From NCBI RefSeq assembly GCF_001194135.2, contig NC_068981.1:148206845-148265186 (forward strand): 58,342 nucleotides of DNA, in the 5' to 3' direction. Numbering within the stretch: position 1 is the first letter of the stretch; the number at the start of each line of letters is the position of its first letter. Below the pieces are notes generated by a model that was not told where the DNA came from, made no database searches, and was given only the letters and a program-made list of their open reading frames with translations. Positions 10,701 to 23,717 of the stretch are shown in pieces. The DNA comes from Octopus bimaculoides. Lineage: Eukaryota. A program made the translations under genes and the position numbers.

Positions 10701-13700
10701 CCGATCAACGGAACAGCCTGTTGAGTGCTCAGCCACTTAACGTGCAAGTGGCTGAGCACTCCACAGACACGTGTACCCTTAATGGAGTTCTCGGGGATAT
10801 TCAGCGTGACACAGTGTGGCAAGGCTGGCCCTTTGAATTACAGGCACAACAGAAACAAGAAGTAAGAGAAAGTTGTGGTGAAAGAGTACAGCAGGGTTCG
10901 CCACCATCCCCTGCCGGAGCCTCGTGGAGCTTTAGGTGTTTTCGCTCAATAAACACTCACATGCCCAGTCTGGGAATCAAAACCGCGATCCTATGACCGC
11001 GAGTCTGCTGCCCTAACCACTGGGCCATTGTGCCTCCACAATCATACAAGCTGGCAATAACATGAAGAGATACATTATGTTTTCTTATGTGCATCATTTT
11101 TTTAATCTTTTATCTTTTACTTGTTTCAATAATCAGACTGTGACACTGCCTTGAAGAATTTTTAGTGGAATGAATCACACCACCCCCAGTACTTTTTTAA
11201 GCCTGGTATTTATTCCACCAGTTGCTTTTGCTGAACAGCTAAGTTACAGGATTCAAACAAACCAACATTGGTTGTCAAATGGTGGTGGGGGACAAACACA
11301 GACACAAAGAGTTATATATATAGACACACACATATACAATGGGCTTCCTACAGTTTCTGTCTATCAAATCCGTTCACAAGGCTTTGGTCAGCCTGGGCCT
11401 ATAGTAGAAGACCTTTGCCCAAGCTTACATGCAGTGGGACTGAACCTGAAACTATGTGATTGCAAAGCAAACTTCTTAGCACACATCATATTTAATATTA
11501 TTATATCAAGACTTTATGTGAGCTGTTTCTAATATTGGTTTCTAACAGTGACACAAGGCAATGATTTTGTGGAAGGGTGTATAGTTGATTACATTGAGAT
11601 ATTTTAAAAAATTTATCTTTGATGCTGGAAGGATGAAAGGAAAAGTTGACCTTGGAGCAATATGAACTTAGAACCTATAGTGCTCTTCCTCATATAAGCA
11701 ATTCAATAAGAACTTACAAGTGTATACATATATATAGATCCTTCCCAAATCACATACCCTCACAGGGCCGGTTTCTAGCATATGTATTCTTCCCTGAACA
11801 GGACACTGGTCAGTCACAGGGTTACTCAATTTTGCCAGCTGATTGAACGGGAGCAATGTGAAATGGAGTATTTTTGCTTAAGAACATAGTGCGTTGCCCG
11901 GTCCAGGAATCAAAACCACAATCTTACAATCATGAAGCTGACACACTAACCACTTAGCCAGGTGCCTCCACATTCATACATATATGTAAACTAAAGATAT
12001 TTACAGTTATTTACTACTTGAAATATTTAAGGAATTAAGAATATTAAGCAACCTTTGAAAACTACAAAACATACTCATTTGGGAAAAATAAAAATAAAAA
12101 TACATCAGGCAGTTCAATGCATTAAGTATAGGAAATAGAAAAAATCTAGGAATGAGACCGTCAGAGTGCTTATTAAAGAAAAGCCATGCACAAAGTTGTG
12201 TGTGTGTGTATGTGTGTGCGCGCATGTGGAAAAGCAAAGCATCCAATCAATTGTGTTACTATCACAATGCGACATTCATTTTAAGTAACAGACATTTTAA
12301 TTTAGCCAGAAACAGCACAAGGGAAATACTGCCTAGGAATTAAGATTTATGGCAGATGACAGGACAGAGAAAAAGTAGTTGAACTAAATGAAGTGTGAAA
12401 AATGAACAAAAAAAAAAAAATAATGCAATGATGATTCCATTCTAAGAAGCAAGTGCAGCGTAAGCCCAAGGGTTAGAACCAGAATTTGTTTCTAGTTGAA
12501 AATAACACACTTGACTTACTTCTTAGCATCACTGGCCATTTGCGCTCACCTGCTGTGGGTTTTCCTTCACTAGCAGCTTGGAATATTTCNNNNNNNNNNN
12601 NNNNNNNNNNNNNNNNNNNNNNNNNNNNNNNNNNNNNNNNNNNNNNNNNNNNNNNNNNNNNNNNNNNNNNNNNNNNNNNNNNNNNNNNNNNNNNNNNNNN
12701 NNNNNNNNNNNNNNNNNNNNNNNNNNNNNNNNNNNNNNNNNNNNNNNNNNNNNNNNNNNNNNNNNNNNNNNNNNNNNNNNNNNNNNNNNNNNNNNNNNNN
12801 NNNNNNNNNNNNNNNNNNNNNNNNNNNNNNNNNNNNNNNNNNNNNNNNNNNNNNNNNNNNNNNNNNNNNNNNNNNNNNNNNNNNNNNNNNNNNNNNNNNN
12901 NCAATTACATTGGCTCCCGTCCAGTACACAACTGGTACTTATTTTATCAACCCTGAAAGGATGAGAGGCAAAGCCAACCATAGCCAAATTTGAACTCTCA
13001 ACACAGACAGATGAAATGCTGCTAAGCATTTTGCCCAGCATGCTAATAGTTCTGTCACCTCACCACCTTAAACAGAAAATATTGATGAGAGTAAATGATC
13101 AAAGAAAGTTGCTTTATTATTGTTTGTTTGTTTGAGTCATTGAAGGGCACCACCTTGAAGGGTTTAGTTGAACAACTTGAACCCAGTACTTATCTTAAAG
13201 TTTGGTACTTATTCTATTGGTCTCCTTTGCCCAACTGATAAGTTACAGGAATGTAAACAAACCAACATCAGTTGTCAAGCAATGGTATGAGGACAAACAT
13301 AAACTCAAAGATACATGTACATATATATAGCATGGGCTTTCACACAGTTTCTGTCTACCAAAATCATTCATGAGGCAATGTGATGGCTGACTAGGGTCTA
13401 CAGTAGAAGGCACTTGTCTAAGGTGCTATGCAGTGGGATTGAGCCTGAAGCCACGAATTCCTGCACTAATCCACATGATAATACTACTATTGAATTACTT
13501 GGACAGTTTATGAACTTCATTTTCTCAGTGCTTCAATCTACATTTAACTACTCCTGTTCAGCTATCATATCTAAAACTTGGCTCTCTCTGAGTTTCTAAA
13601 GTTTACACAGCATCTTCTGTGTATCAATTGTTTGTATACAGAACATACAGTCATGGCCAAAAGTTTGGAACAAAGGTATGAAAATCAGAATTTTTATATA

Positions 13701-14358
13701 TAGTGCCCAAAGTTATATTAAAAGTAATTTGGTTTAGAACTGTATTTTTGATTTTGCCTATTTCTTTCTTCTAGATATTGAACCATTGGATCAGTTATTA
13801 GGTAAGTATAACTCTATGTTGTATATATTTGACTTGAATTGTACTTGGGCATAAACAATTTTAATTTTAAAAAATACGTTCCAAACTTTTGGCCACAGCT
13901 GTAGTGTCAGATTCGTGCTCATAGAATGAAGTCAATCCCAGAGAGTACTGAGATGTTTTAGGTTTCTCTGATACCAATACTTTGCTATGTTGATTGACCT
14001 TAACCCTTTCGATACCAACCCAACTGAAACCGGCTCTGGCTGTGATTACAAATGTCTTGTTTTTATAAGTTTTGAATTAAAATCTTCCACCATTCCTTAG
14101 TCACAATTTATGTTCCTAACACTAGCTGAATGATAACTAAGTTATTTTATTAAATTCTTTGTTATATTTAAAGTAATTGAAAGAAACACAGAGCATCTCA
14201 ACAGAAATATGGTAACGAAAGGGTTAAACTTTTCTATTTTATGCCAAGCTTTCAAGTTTGGAATCCTGTTTATGGAAATGAGCATATAAAAATTTCCAAA
14301 ATAAAATTTTGTGACACAGTTCTATAATTCTGAGACGAGGAATTTATATTATGTACAC

Positions 14359-14396
<38 letters not shown>

Positions 14397-17300
14397 ACAC
14401 TGTTTATATTCGTCAGAGTGGTGGTTTCATCTTGATTATTGCTCTTGGTTGTTGCTCCCACTATGTTTCGGCTGTGTATGTTCCAGCCTTCTTCAGGTGT
14501 CCTGTGATTCACCTTAGTGCCTTGTCCGGGATTGAACTCTGTGTGACTGCACTGCATTAACCAACGCCTTTATCCACTATGCTATGCTTGTAGGCAGTGA
14601 CCAAGTCAATCAAGACGAGGATATCACTCTGATTAATGTAAATAGTGTACATAAAAATCTTGCGATCGTTTCACAAACTATAATAAACAAATGATAACCG
14701 AGGACACACAGAATCTACTGTAGCTTAATCTTGTTCAGACCGCCCTCGAATATGACATGAATGACTCCTGCAAACCATTCATCTTTATCTAGTAAAGGAT
14801 AACTAGATAAGGAAGGCAAGAACGTCTCTTGCTCTCTCACTAGAAATATGAAAGCAGGTGTATGTGGGGTTATACAAGAGTTAACTTACATGTTTACAGG
14901 CTGAAGATATTGAATTAAATCATGTAAAAACTATGCTATTTCATAAAAAGTACATAATTGAGAATAAGTATTCCCAAAGCTAAAACAATGGATATATAGT
15001 GTTATATTTTGGGATGGTCATTTGTTTTCTTGCCAAATAAACACATGCATTATATATTTGTTCTTCACTCATTTATTATTGTTCTTATTTTATCTTATGT
15101 CCATTGTCTGGATATCTTTCATTTCACATCTGTGACCTCTTCAGCAACTTTCCCATCCCACGTGATAAAATAAGAACGATAATAAATAAGTGAAGAATGA
15201 ATATATAATGTGTGTGTTTATTTGGCAAAGAAAAATAAATTACTATCTTGAAGTATAACAATACTTGTTTCAGCACACAATTTCACATCAGGAATCTTGC
15301 AAAACAAATTCATAAACATAATGAATATATAAATATTTAATTTTTTCTTTTCATAAGATGCAATATTTTTGAAAGATAGGGGGACCGTCACTAGCTTTGA
15401 TCTCTTACCACCACCACTATCTTAGTATATTGACCCCCAAAGCTAATTTGATCCAATTGAAATTTGAACCAAGAATAAAGACACAATAAGGCATTAAACT
15501 AAATACTGTAAGACTCCTACATATATTCTAATTTACAATACACTTAAATAATGATAAATGCAGAGAAATATAAGAAAAAGCTGTTACCTTTTCGACAGCG
15601 AGATCCACCTTCAAAGACAAATTTTCCTTCAACAACACCAAATCTGCGTAAATCATGTATTCTCCAAGACTGTAACATCTTTGGTGGGATATAAGCTGCC
15701 AGGCAGAACTTGTCATGGTGGATATGCATTCGGACATTTTCTAAAGGAAGTTTACTACCCTGGGGTACCTTTAAGATCCGTACTCGATATTGGTGTTCTG
15801 TAAAGAGATACACACATGAATATAGACATATATAGTTTTAAGTATCATGTTCTGATATTAAAGTTTTGATTCCCAATTACAGTGAATTCATTTCAACTAT
15901 ATTGTTAAAATCCTTATAAATGTAATGAATGTGTTAAAGTTTGATAGTTGTCATAGAGACTTTAGTCTCTCTCTATCACCTTTCATCAGCATTATAAATG
16001 AAGAGACATTAGAACAATTTTTCAACATAATAAAAATAAGTTTTATTTTTTTTGATGATGCTTGGTTTCACAATTCTCGTCATTCAGCTTAGCAGCCGCT
16101 GATTAAGTTGTAGTTTGGTATTGGAAGGTTAAGGGCTTCCTTGATGCCTGCCAGAGAAGCAAGTAGCTATCATCATCGAAGGCATCGAGGTGAAGAGTGC
16201 TTCATTGAGGAGCGAGGAGTTGTCATGTAGAAAGTCTGTCGCGCAACTGCCTAACAAAGTGAAATTCACTCTTTAAGTACCAGATTTACTACGCATGCGC
16301 ACTCGAGGGGCTTCCGGTGGTGAAGTCCCCTATGCATGTGCAGAATAGTACTTCCTCAATGGCGGCTATAATTTCACACCACTACAAATGAATGAATGTT
16401 AAAACTCACCATTTTCCCTCTTCTTTTGAAGCCCTTTATATGAATCATCATATGTCCTCATCATCATTCTTATACCTTTTTACTTGTTTCAGTCATTTAG
16501 ACTGTGGCCATGCTGGGGCAGCATTTGGAAGAATTTTAGTCAAACACATCAACCCCAGTACTTATTCTACCAGTCTCTTTTAATGAACCACTAGATTACA
16601 GGAACATATACATAAGCAGTGGTGGAAGACAAATGCACAAATGTGCCACCAGCATCTGTGCTGGTGGCACGTAAAAGCATCTATCACACTCTCAGAGTGG
16701 TTGGCATTAGGAAGGGCATCCAGCCATAGAAAACCATTTTAAATCAGCTTGGAGTCTGGTGCAGCCTTCCAGCTTACCAGCCCTGGTCAAACCATCCAAC
16801 CCATTACAGTATGAACAACGGACATTAAATGATGATGATGATATATATGATGGGTTTCTTTTGGTTTCTGTCTGCCAAATCCACTCACAAGGTTTTGGCT
16901 GACCCAAGGCTATAAGAGTGAATAATATACCCTGTACCAAGAATCCTGACTGGTTGTAATTGGCTGTTCAGCCATGTTGAAGGTCATCATCAAGGCAATG
17001 TGGTTGTTATTTCTGGCAGGCTGGGTAACCACAGAGAGGCTCCTTCACTAACTTATGTTGTTAACATCTGTGATGAAGGCATGAAATTAGTAAATCACAT
17101 TTCTGTAAACATTATATGAAGAATTTAGATGATACAAACCTTCTCCTAGACATCGTCGAATACGCAATTCAAAATGTATCATAAGTTCTCTTGATTCAAA
17201 AGACATAAGAATCACCGATTTCTGGCAAATAATGGCCATGACATTGTCTTCCTTCTCATAAGTGAACCCAGATTCAATGCCATAGAAACCCTCGAGAGGG

Positions 17301-20300
17301 AATGTGTTTTTTGCATTGCCGTCTTTGAGAGCATCTTTGCAGTCTTTGTACAGGTATACCTGCAAACGGTCTGAAAAAGAGAAAAAAAAAAAAGAAATAG
17401 ATATGATTTTCATTGGACTTGTTTCTACAGAAATTTAACTAAAACAAAACCGGAAATATATTGAGTGAGAATCCTGTCACTCTGTTCCTCTTCTCTCCCT
17501 CTGTACATATATGTGTGTGTGTATGCAAGCACATATCATTATTTTAATGTTCACTTGTATGAGTCAAATGGAATTTGCTGAGGCAGATTTTCTACAGCTG
17601 GATGCACTTCCTGTCGCCAAACTTCCGTTGTTTTTAAGCAAGGGAATATTTCTCACTGGCAGGGCATATTTTCATGGAAGAAAGGTTGGGAATGTATGAC
17701 ACCGCTAGTATGACATTTGCAACTATCACACTATATGTGTATGATGATGACATATATATATGTAGTAAATCCCCAAAAAAGAACAAACACAAAAAACAAC
17801 AACGCGAGGACTTGGTACATGTAAAGTATTAGCAGACACTCAGGGAAGGAAAGAAAGATAGTTTAACGTTTCTAGTAATGGTCTTCTTCAGAAACAGAGG
17901 AAAAGTCCAATAGAAAGGAAGACGGAGGAAGAAAATCACCAATGATTCACATGTGGTTACATTTTGAATATATATATANNNNNNNNNNNNNNNNNNNNNN
18001 ATATATATACATACACACACACACACATACAATGGGCTTCTTTCAGTTTCTGCCTACCAAATCTGCTCACAGGGCTTTGGTCAGTCTGAGGCTATAGCAG
18101 AAGACAAGAGGACAGCTGCCATGCAGTGGGACTGAACCTAAAAGCTTGTGACCATACACCCATATATATATAAAAGGTAAGATCCAAGGTTCAAGGTGTA
18201 AGAAGAAAGTGAGCTTCAAGCAATCCGTAAAAAATATAAAAAACAACTTTCAGGATCAATACTGGTTTATTAGTGTGGGGGGTTGTGAATTTTCCCCATA
18301 TCTCCATTCCTTAGCTTATGTATATATATGAGTGGAGATATGAAAGAAAAAGGCACTCAACAAATTTAGTAGCAGTTACATATATTACTATTTAAAACAG
18401 TTGGATTTGGGCTCTATGTGTAAAGTTTTGCAGGCTTCTTACAGAAACGCAGCTTGTTCAGGTTCAGATTACTAGTAATCTGATGCCCTTCCTATTGGTG
18501 ACCTTTGTCTGTTTTCTATCAAGGTAATATTTCCTCAGGTTGGACATGTTTTTCATGGAAGAGAAGAAATGAATGTCATCAATTGTATGATGGTGAACTA
18601 GTTTTCAACTGTTGTGCAATATCAAGACAAGGATACACACACACACAAGGGTTTAGTTGGCCTAAGACTAGAGTAGAAGGCACTTGCCCCAAGTGCAACA
18701 TACTGAGACCGAACCCAAAATCATATGGATGGAAAGCAAGCTTCTTACCCACACGACCATGCTTTGAACCTGATAAAAATAGTTACATATACTCTTAGTT
18801 CAGTCCTGTATATGATATGATAAAATAAGAAAACAGATGGGATGGTCACATTTAGAATGTCTATTAGAAATACAGTAGCAGAACTGGAACAATGATTCAG
18901 TTGATCTCGTCTGATCATTTAGCCAATTTCCTATGACTTATATATTTACCTCAACAACAACACAAGCTGATGTGTTTACTTGACATGCTAGAAACAGCAG
19001 CAAACCATCTTCTCAAATCACAACCTATCTTAACCTTATTGATACCAACCTGTGTGAGACCTGTCTCTAGTTCCATAATGTAAAATCTCTAATTTTAAAA
19101 TCTTCCAATATAATTTGGTTTTAGAAAATTTTTTTGTTATGTTCCAGCCCACAAACTTTAATAATAGAAAACAAAAATAGCCATTTCACTAAATCCCAGC
19201 AAATTTTTCATTACTTTCAAAATTAATTAGAACATACAGGCAGTATATTTCATTTGAAATATGATCTTGAAAGGTTTAAATAAGGAAACGTATTTAGTTC
19301 TAGTTACACTATGTCTGCATAAAAGACAAGATGATCATATGTAGAATGCCTTTGATTATATGATTATAGGGCTTCTTGCCAGATTACACTTAAGATTTAA
19401 TAGATAACAGAATTGAAGGTAATGTTGTCCTTCTGGGATATTAAGCTAGGAGACAAAGATACAAAAACCAAAAAAAAAAAAAGCAGTAATAAAGAAGGAA
19501 TTATGAGGTAATGAAACATAAAAAAATTATGAGGCAATGAAAAAAGATAACTTAAGCATCAGATCAGTATTTTTTTTAATCACCCATTCCATCTACTTTG
19601 CTCCAGATTTTTGCAGTTATGTGTTTTTTTTTTATATAGTAACAGAAAAGAAAATCTCCCGTTTGTTTTGCCACCAAGTCAACATTGCTTTAGCAACTAG
19701 CATCTAGTGAATTAACTGAAATGAAGAGAAGAGTTAATCTAGAGAACAGTTAATCCAGAGCAAATCTAGAGAAACTGAGAACAGTTAATTCAGGGTTGAA
19801 TTCTTAATATAAATTTAAATACTTTTTACCCTTTGAAACAGCTGCAAATTTTATAGAATATGTGCATATAGTAGTTGTATCTGTACAGTTTGCATCTTGT
19901 ATTTCTATGACTGAATGTCAAATGCTATATACTAAATAAATGATTTATCACTTATCTGAATGGATTTAATTCTTAAAATATCTAAGATTGATTTTCATCC
20001 ATTTATTTTAAAAAAAAATTTTCATGTTTAAATTTCACATTTCTCCAATTCAATTAGCTGAGTTGTGATGTCACTGGTACCAAGCTGTATCGGCCTTTGC
20101 CTTTCCTTTGGATAACATTGATGACATGCAGAGGGGAGGCTCGTATGCAGAGGCAATTGCTGGCCTTCCACAAACAACCTTTCTTGGACTTGTGCCTAGG
20201 AGGGTAACTTTCTAGGTGCAATCCCATGGTGATATATGACCAAAGGGGATCTTTACCCTTTTACCTTGTTTATATATTTTAATTGTGGAGGCGCAATGGC

Positions 20301-23300
20301 CCAGTGGTTAGGGCAGCGGACTCGCGGTCATAGGATTGCGGTTTCGATTCCCAGACTGGGCGCTGTGAGTGTTTATTGAGCAAAAACACCTAAAGCTCCA
20401 CGAGGCTCCGGCAGGGGATGGTGGCGAACCCTGCTGTACTCTTCCACCACAACTTTCTCTCACTCTTACTTCCTGTTTCTGTTGTGCCTGTAATTCAAAG
20501 GGTCAGCCTTGGCAAACTGTGTCACGCTGAATATCCCCAAGAACTACGTTAAGGGTACACGTGTCTGTGGAGTACTCAGCCACTTGCACGTTAATTTCAC
20601 GAGCAGGCTGTTCCGCTGATCAGATCATCTGGAACCCTCGACGTTGTAAGCGACGGAGTGCCAACAACAACAACATTTTAATTCCAAAAATAATCAATTT
20701 AGAGTTGTTTAGTGAAATAACTTAAGTTGAACATAGTTTTAATTTCAATGCATAAATACTTTAGAATAAAAGTTTTGTATCATAGATGCACAAACAGTCT
20801 GTAGGGTTGCAATCTAAAGAATTAAGTTATGTTCTAAATGACACAATTAATTATAAATATTTTATTAGTGTCTATTCCCTGCAAAATTGCTAATTATTTT
20901 CAAAATTGAAACACAAAACTATGTATTTCATTAGAAATATGGACATGAAAGGGTTGATAATTAAAACTACTGACAAATTAAATAATGGATGTTTCAGTTA
21001 TGAAGAGAAAGGAAAAAAAAATTCCTAACCATTTTTTAAAAATTATAATGCATTACTAGAAAACCAGCAGAACTACTATAAACTGAAATAGCAGTAACAC
21101 AGAGAGGGGGGGGGGAGATAGAGAGAGGGGGAGAGAGAGANNNNNNNNNNNNNNNNNNNNNNNNNNNNNNNNNNNNNNNNNNNNNNNNNNNNNNNNNNNN
21201 NNNNNNNNNNNNNNNNNNNNNNNNNNNNNNNNNNNNNNNNNNNNNNNNNNNNNNNNNNNNNNNNNNNNNNNNNNNNNNNNNNNNNNNNNNNNNNNNNNNN
21301 NNNNNNNNNNNNNNNNNNNNNNNNNNNNNNNNNNNNNNNNNNNNNNNNNNNNNNNNNNNNNNNNNNNNNNNNNNNNNNNNNNNNNNNNNNNNNNNNNNNN
21401 NNNNNNNNNNNNNNNNNNNNNNNNNNNNNNNNNNNNNNNNNNNNNNNNNNNNNNNNNNNNNNNNNNNNNNNNNNNNNNNNNNNNNNNNNNNNNNNNNNNN
21501 NNNNNNNNNNNNNNNNNNNNNNNNNNNNNNNNNNNNNNNNNNNNNNNNNNNNNNNNNNNNNNNNNNNNNNNNNNNNNNNNNNNNNNNNNNNNNNNNNNTT
21601 ATCATCTGTGGACCCCATATATACTCATGTAAATTTTTGAAATAAAATATTTGTTTGTAGGTTAGTAAAAACTAACAATGAAACAATTTCGTTTTATTCC
21701 TAACAAATTCCAAATACAAATCTTGAAAATTCCAATAAATACAGGTACCTCTCCTAGTAAACAAAATTTATATATGGACCCACAAATTACAATTTTTTTA
21801 CTTGTGGAGCCCCTAAAAGCTTCTGTGGACCCCAGTTGGGTTCCATAGTCTGTTTGGTTTTTATAGCTGGATGCACTTCCTAACGCCAACCACTTTACAG
21901 AGTGTACTGGGTGCTTTTTACATGGCACCAGTAATGCATGTATGTATGTATGTATGGATGGATGGATGGATGGATGCATAGCTATGTGATTGAGTAGTTC
22001 ATTATGCAACAATGTGGTTCTGAGTTCAATCTCACTATGCTTACTTTGTGGAAGTCTACCATATCCTCGAATTGACCAAAATCTTGTGAATGGAATCTGA
22101 TGGATAGAAACCTTGAAGAAGACCATCAGAGGGACCACTTCTTGAGTGGTAGACAATCTGCCACTTAGCCTCACACCCCAAGCTAGCCATTGGGTGCCTT
22201 TTAGTGTTGGTGGAGGTGGGTCTACTCTGTTGCAAGCATTCAAGCCGGTTCTCCGGTCAGAGGATGACTTCCTTCCATCTTCTGACTAGCCATGTCCCTT
22301 AATTTTTAACATTAAGGTGACAGGGATGCTGAAACTGGGAGGGTATCAATATTTAGTTTTGTTCTGCAGAGTTGCCAGAGTTAACTTTGTCTTTCATCCA
22401 GTTGGGATTAATCAAAATAAATATCAGTCATGTATTGCGCTGACTCATTTGACTATACTTTTCCTTTTATGCAAAATGGAAGAAATAATCAACAATGTGG
22501 TAGAGAACCTGGCATCAGTAACACATTTCTGAGAGGGAAATAATTTAAACCATTCTTTATTCAATAATACCAAAGGGCGGTGAGCTGGCAGAAACGTTAG
22601 CACGCCGGGTGAAATGCTTAGCAGTATTTTGTCTGTCTTTGTGTTCTGAGTTCAAATTCTGCTGAGGTTGACTTTGCCTTCCATCCTTTCAAGGTTGATA
22701 AATTAAGTACCAGTTGCATATTGGGTCGATCTAATCGACTAGCCCCTCCCCAAAAATTTCGGGCCTTGTGCCTAGAGTAGAAAAGAATCGTTAGCCCACT
22801 GGGCGAAATGCTTAGCAGTATTAAAGGATAAAGAAATAAATAATACCAAAAAACAAAAATAAGATGCTGAAAGAAAATTTTAAGTGAGCCACCTGTCTTT
22901 AGCTAGTGCTTAGTCAATAAAGATTACAGTTTAATTCAAATAGGATATTCACCATATATATGAGAGAGAGAGAGAGAGAAAGAGCTCTTTAAGACTTGTA
23001 CAGGGCTCCAGTTTCATGAGATTAAAGAGAAAGAAACAAATCTTGCTCTGGATAAGATACCAGACCATTAAGGTAATATTGCCAAGAGATTTGGTATAAA
23101 TTTTTGATATATAAGATAAGCTTATAATATTGCTGCACAGATACACAATATGTCTACAAAAAGATATACATTTGAAGCCCATTGAGACTCTATAATCAGA
23201 GAGGTCATTAGCTAAAATAATGTGTGACAAAGAAATCACTTAATTTTCTCAAAGATAGAAATTTCAAATCACATTACCTAAAAATAATTCTTTTGTAATA

Positions 23301-23675
23301 GTTATTTATAAAAAAATAAGCAAAAATAAGATTTGTAATTATCAAGATATCTTATAAGGAAAAAACAATTAGTTTTAAAATTAACTTTCTTTTTTTTTTA
23401 AAGTAATTACCAACTTAGAATTCTAAGCCACTCAGAATGTTTTTAATTAAAGTCACAATAATTATTTAAGCAGAAATTTGTTTTTGTGAAATTCCTTCCA
23501 AGTTCTTTTAGATGAAGCCTTTTTTCTGTGTTTTTCTTTGACAAACTTACCAATATACAAATTTCAGTTCGTCAGTGTGGATTAGAGAATTCAAAAAATT
23601 CAGCACAAAGTCAAAATGTTATCTTCAAGTTAATAACATTTAAAACTCTTATCTATCTTTCAGTAACTTTTATGC

Positions 23676-23717
<42 letters not shown>

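Noticed and set aside
14716-14768. Candidate for exon 5 after tttgcag (GVIHVIFEGGLNKIKLQ*)
   Set aside because: In-frame stop before any donor. The 12520-12589 segment fits both phase and domain better.
16085-16180. C/D-box snoRNA-like ATGATGA...CTGA on the minus strand
   Set aside because: No terminal stem or clear C'/D' boxes and no identifiable rRNA antisense element; both boxes are common by chance.
94-17370. Calling the gene IRS/chico or FRS2
   Set aside because: The tail motifs are IRS/FRS2-like, but the PH-PTB sequence (RDGKKW, PSPVAD, DLRR.G, FEGG.RC) and exon sizes match DOK7 specifically, and FRS2 has no PH domain.
20285-20360. tRNA genes at the tRNA-like heads (also 9442, 14587, 54640)
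   Set aside because: A and B boxes are present, but there is no cloverleaf with an acceptor stem, and each continues into a repeat body and tail.
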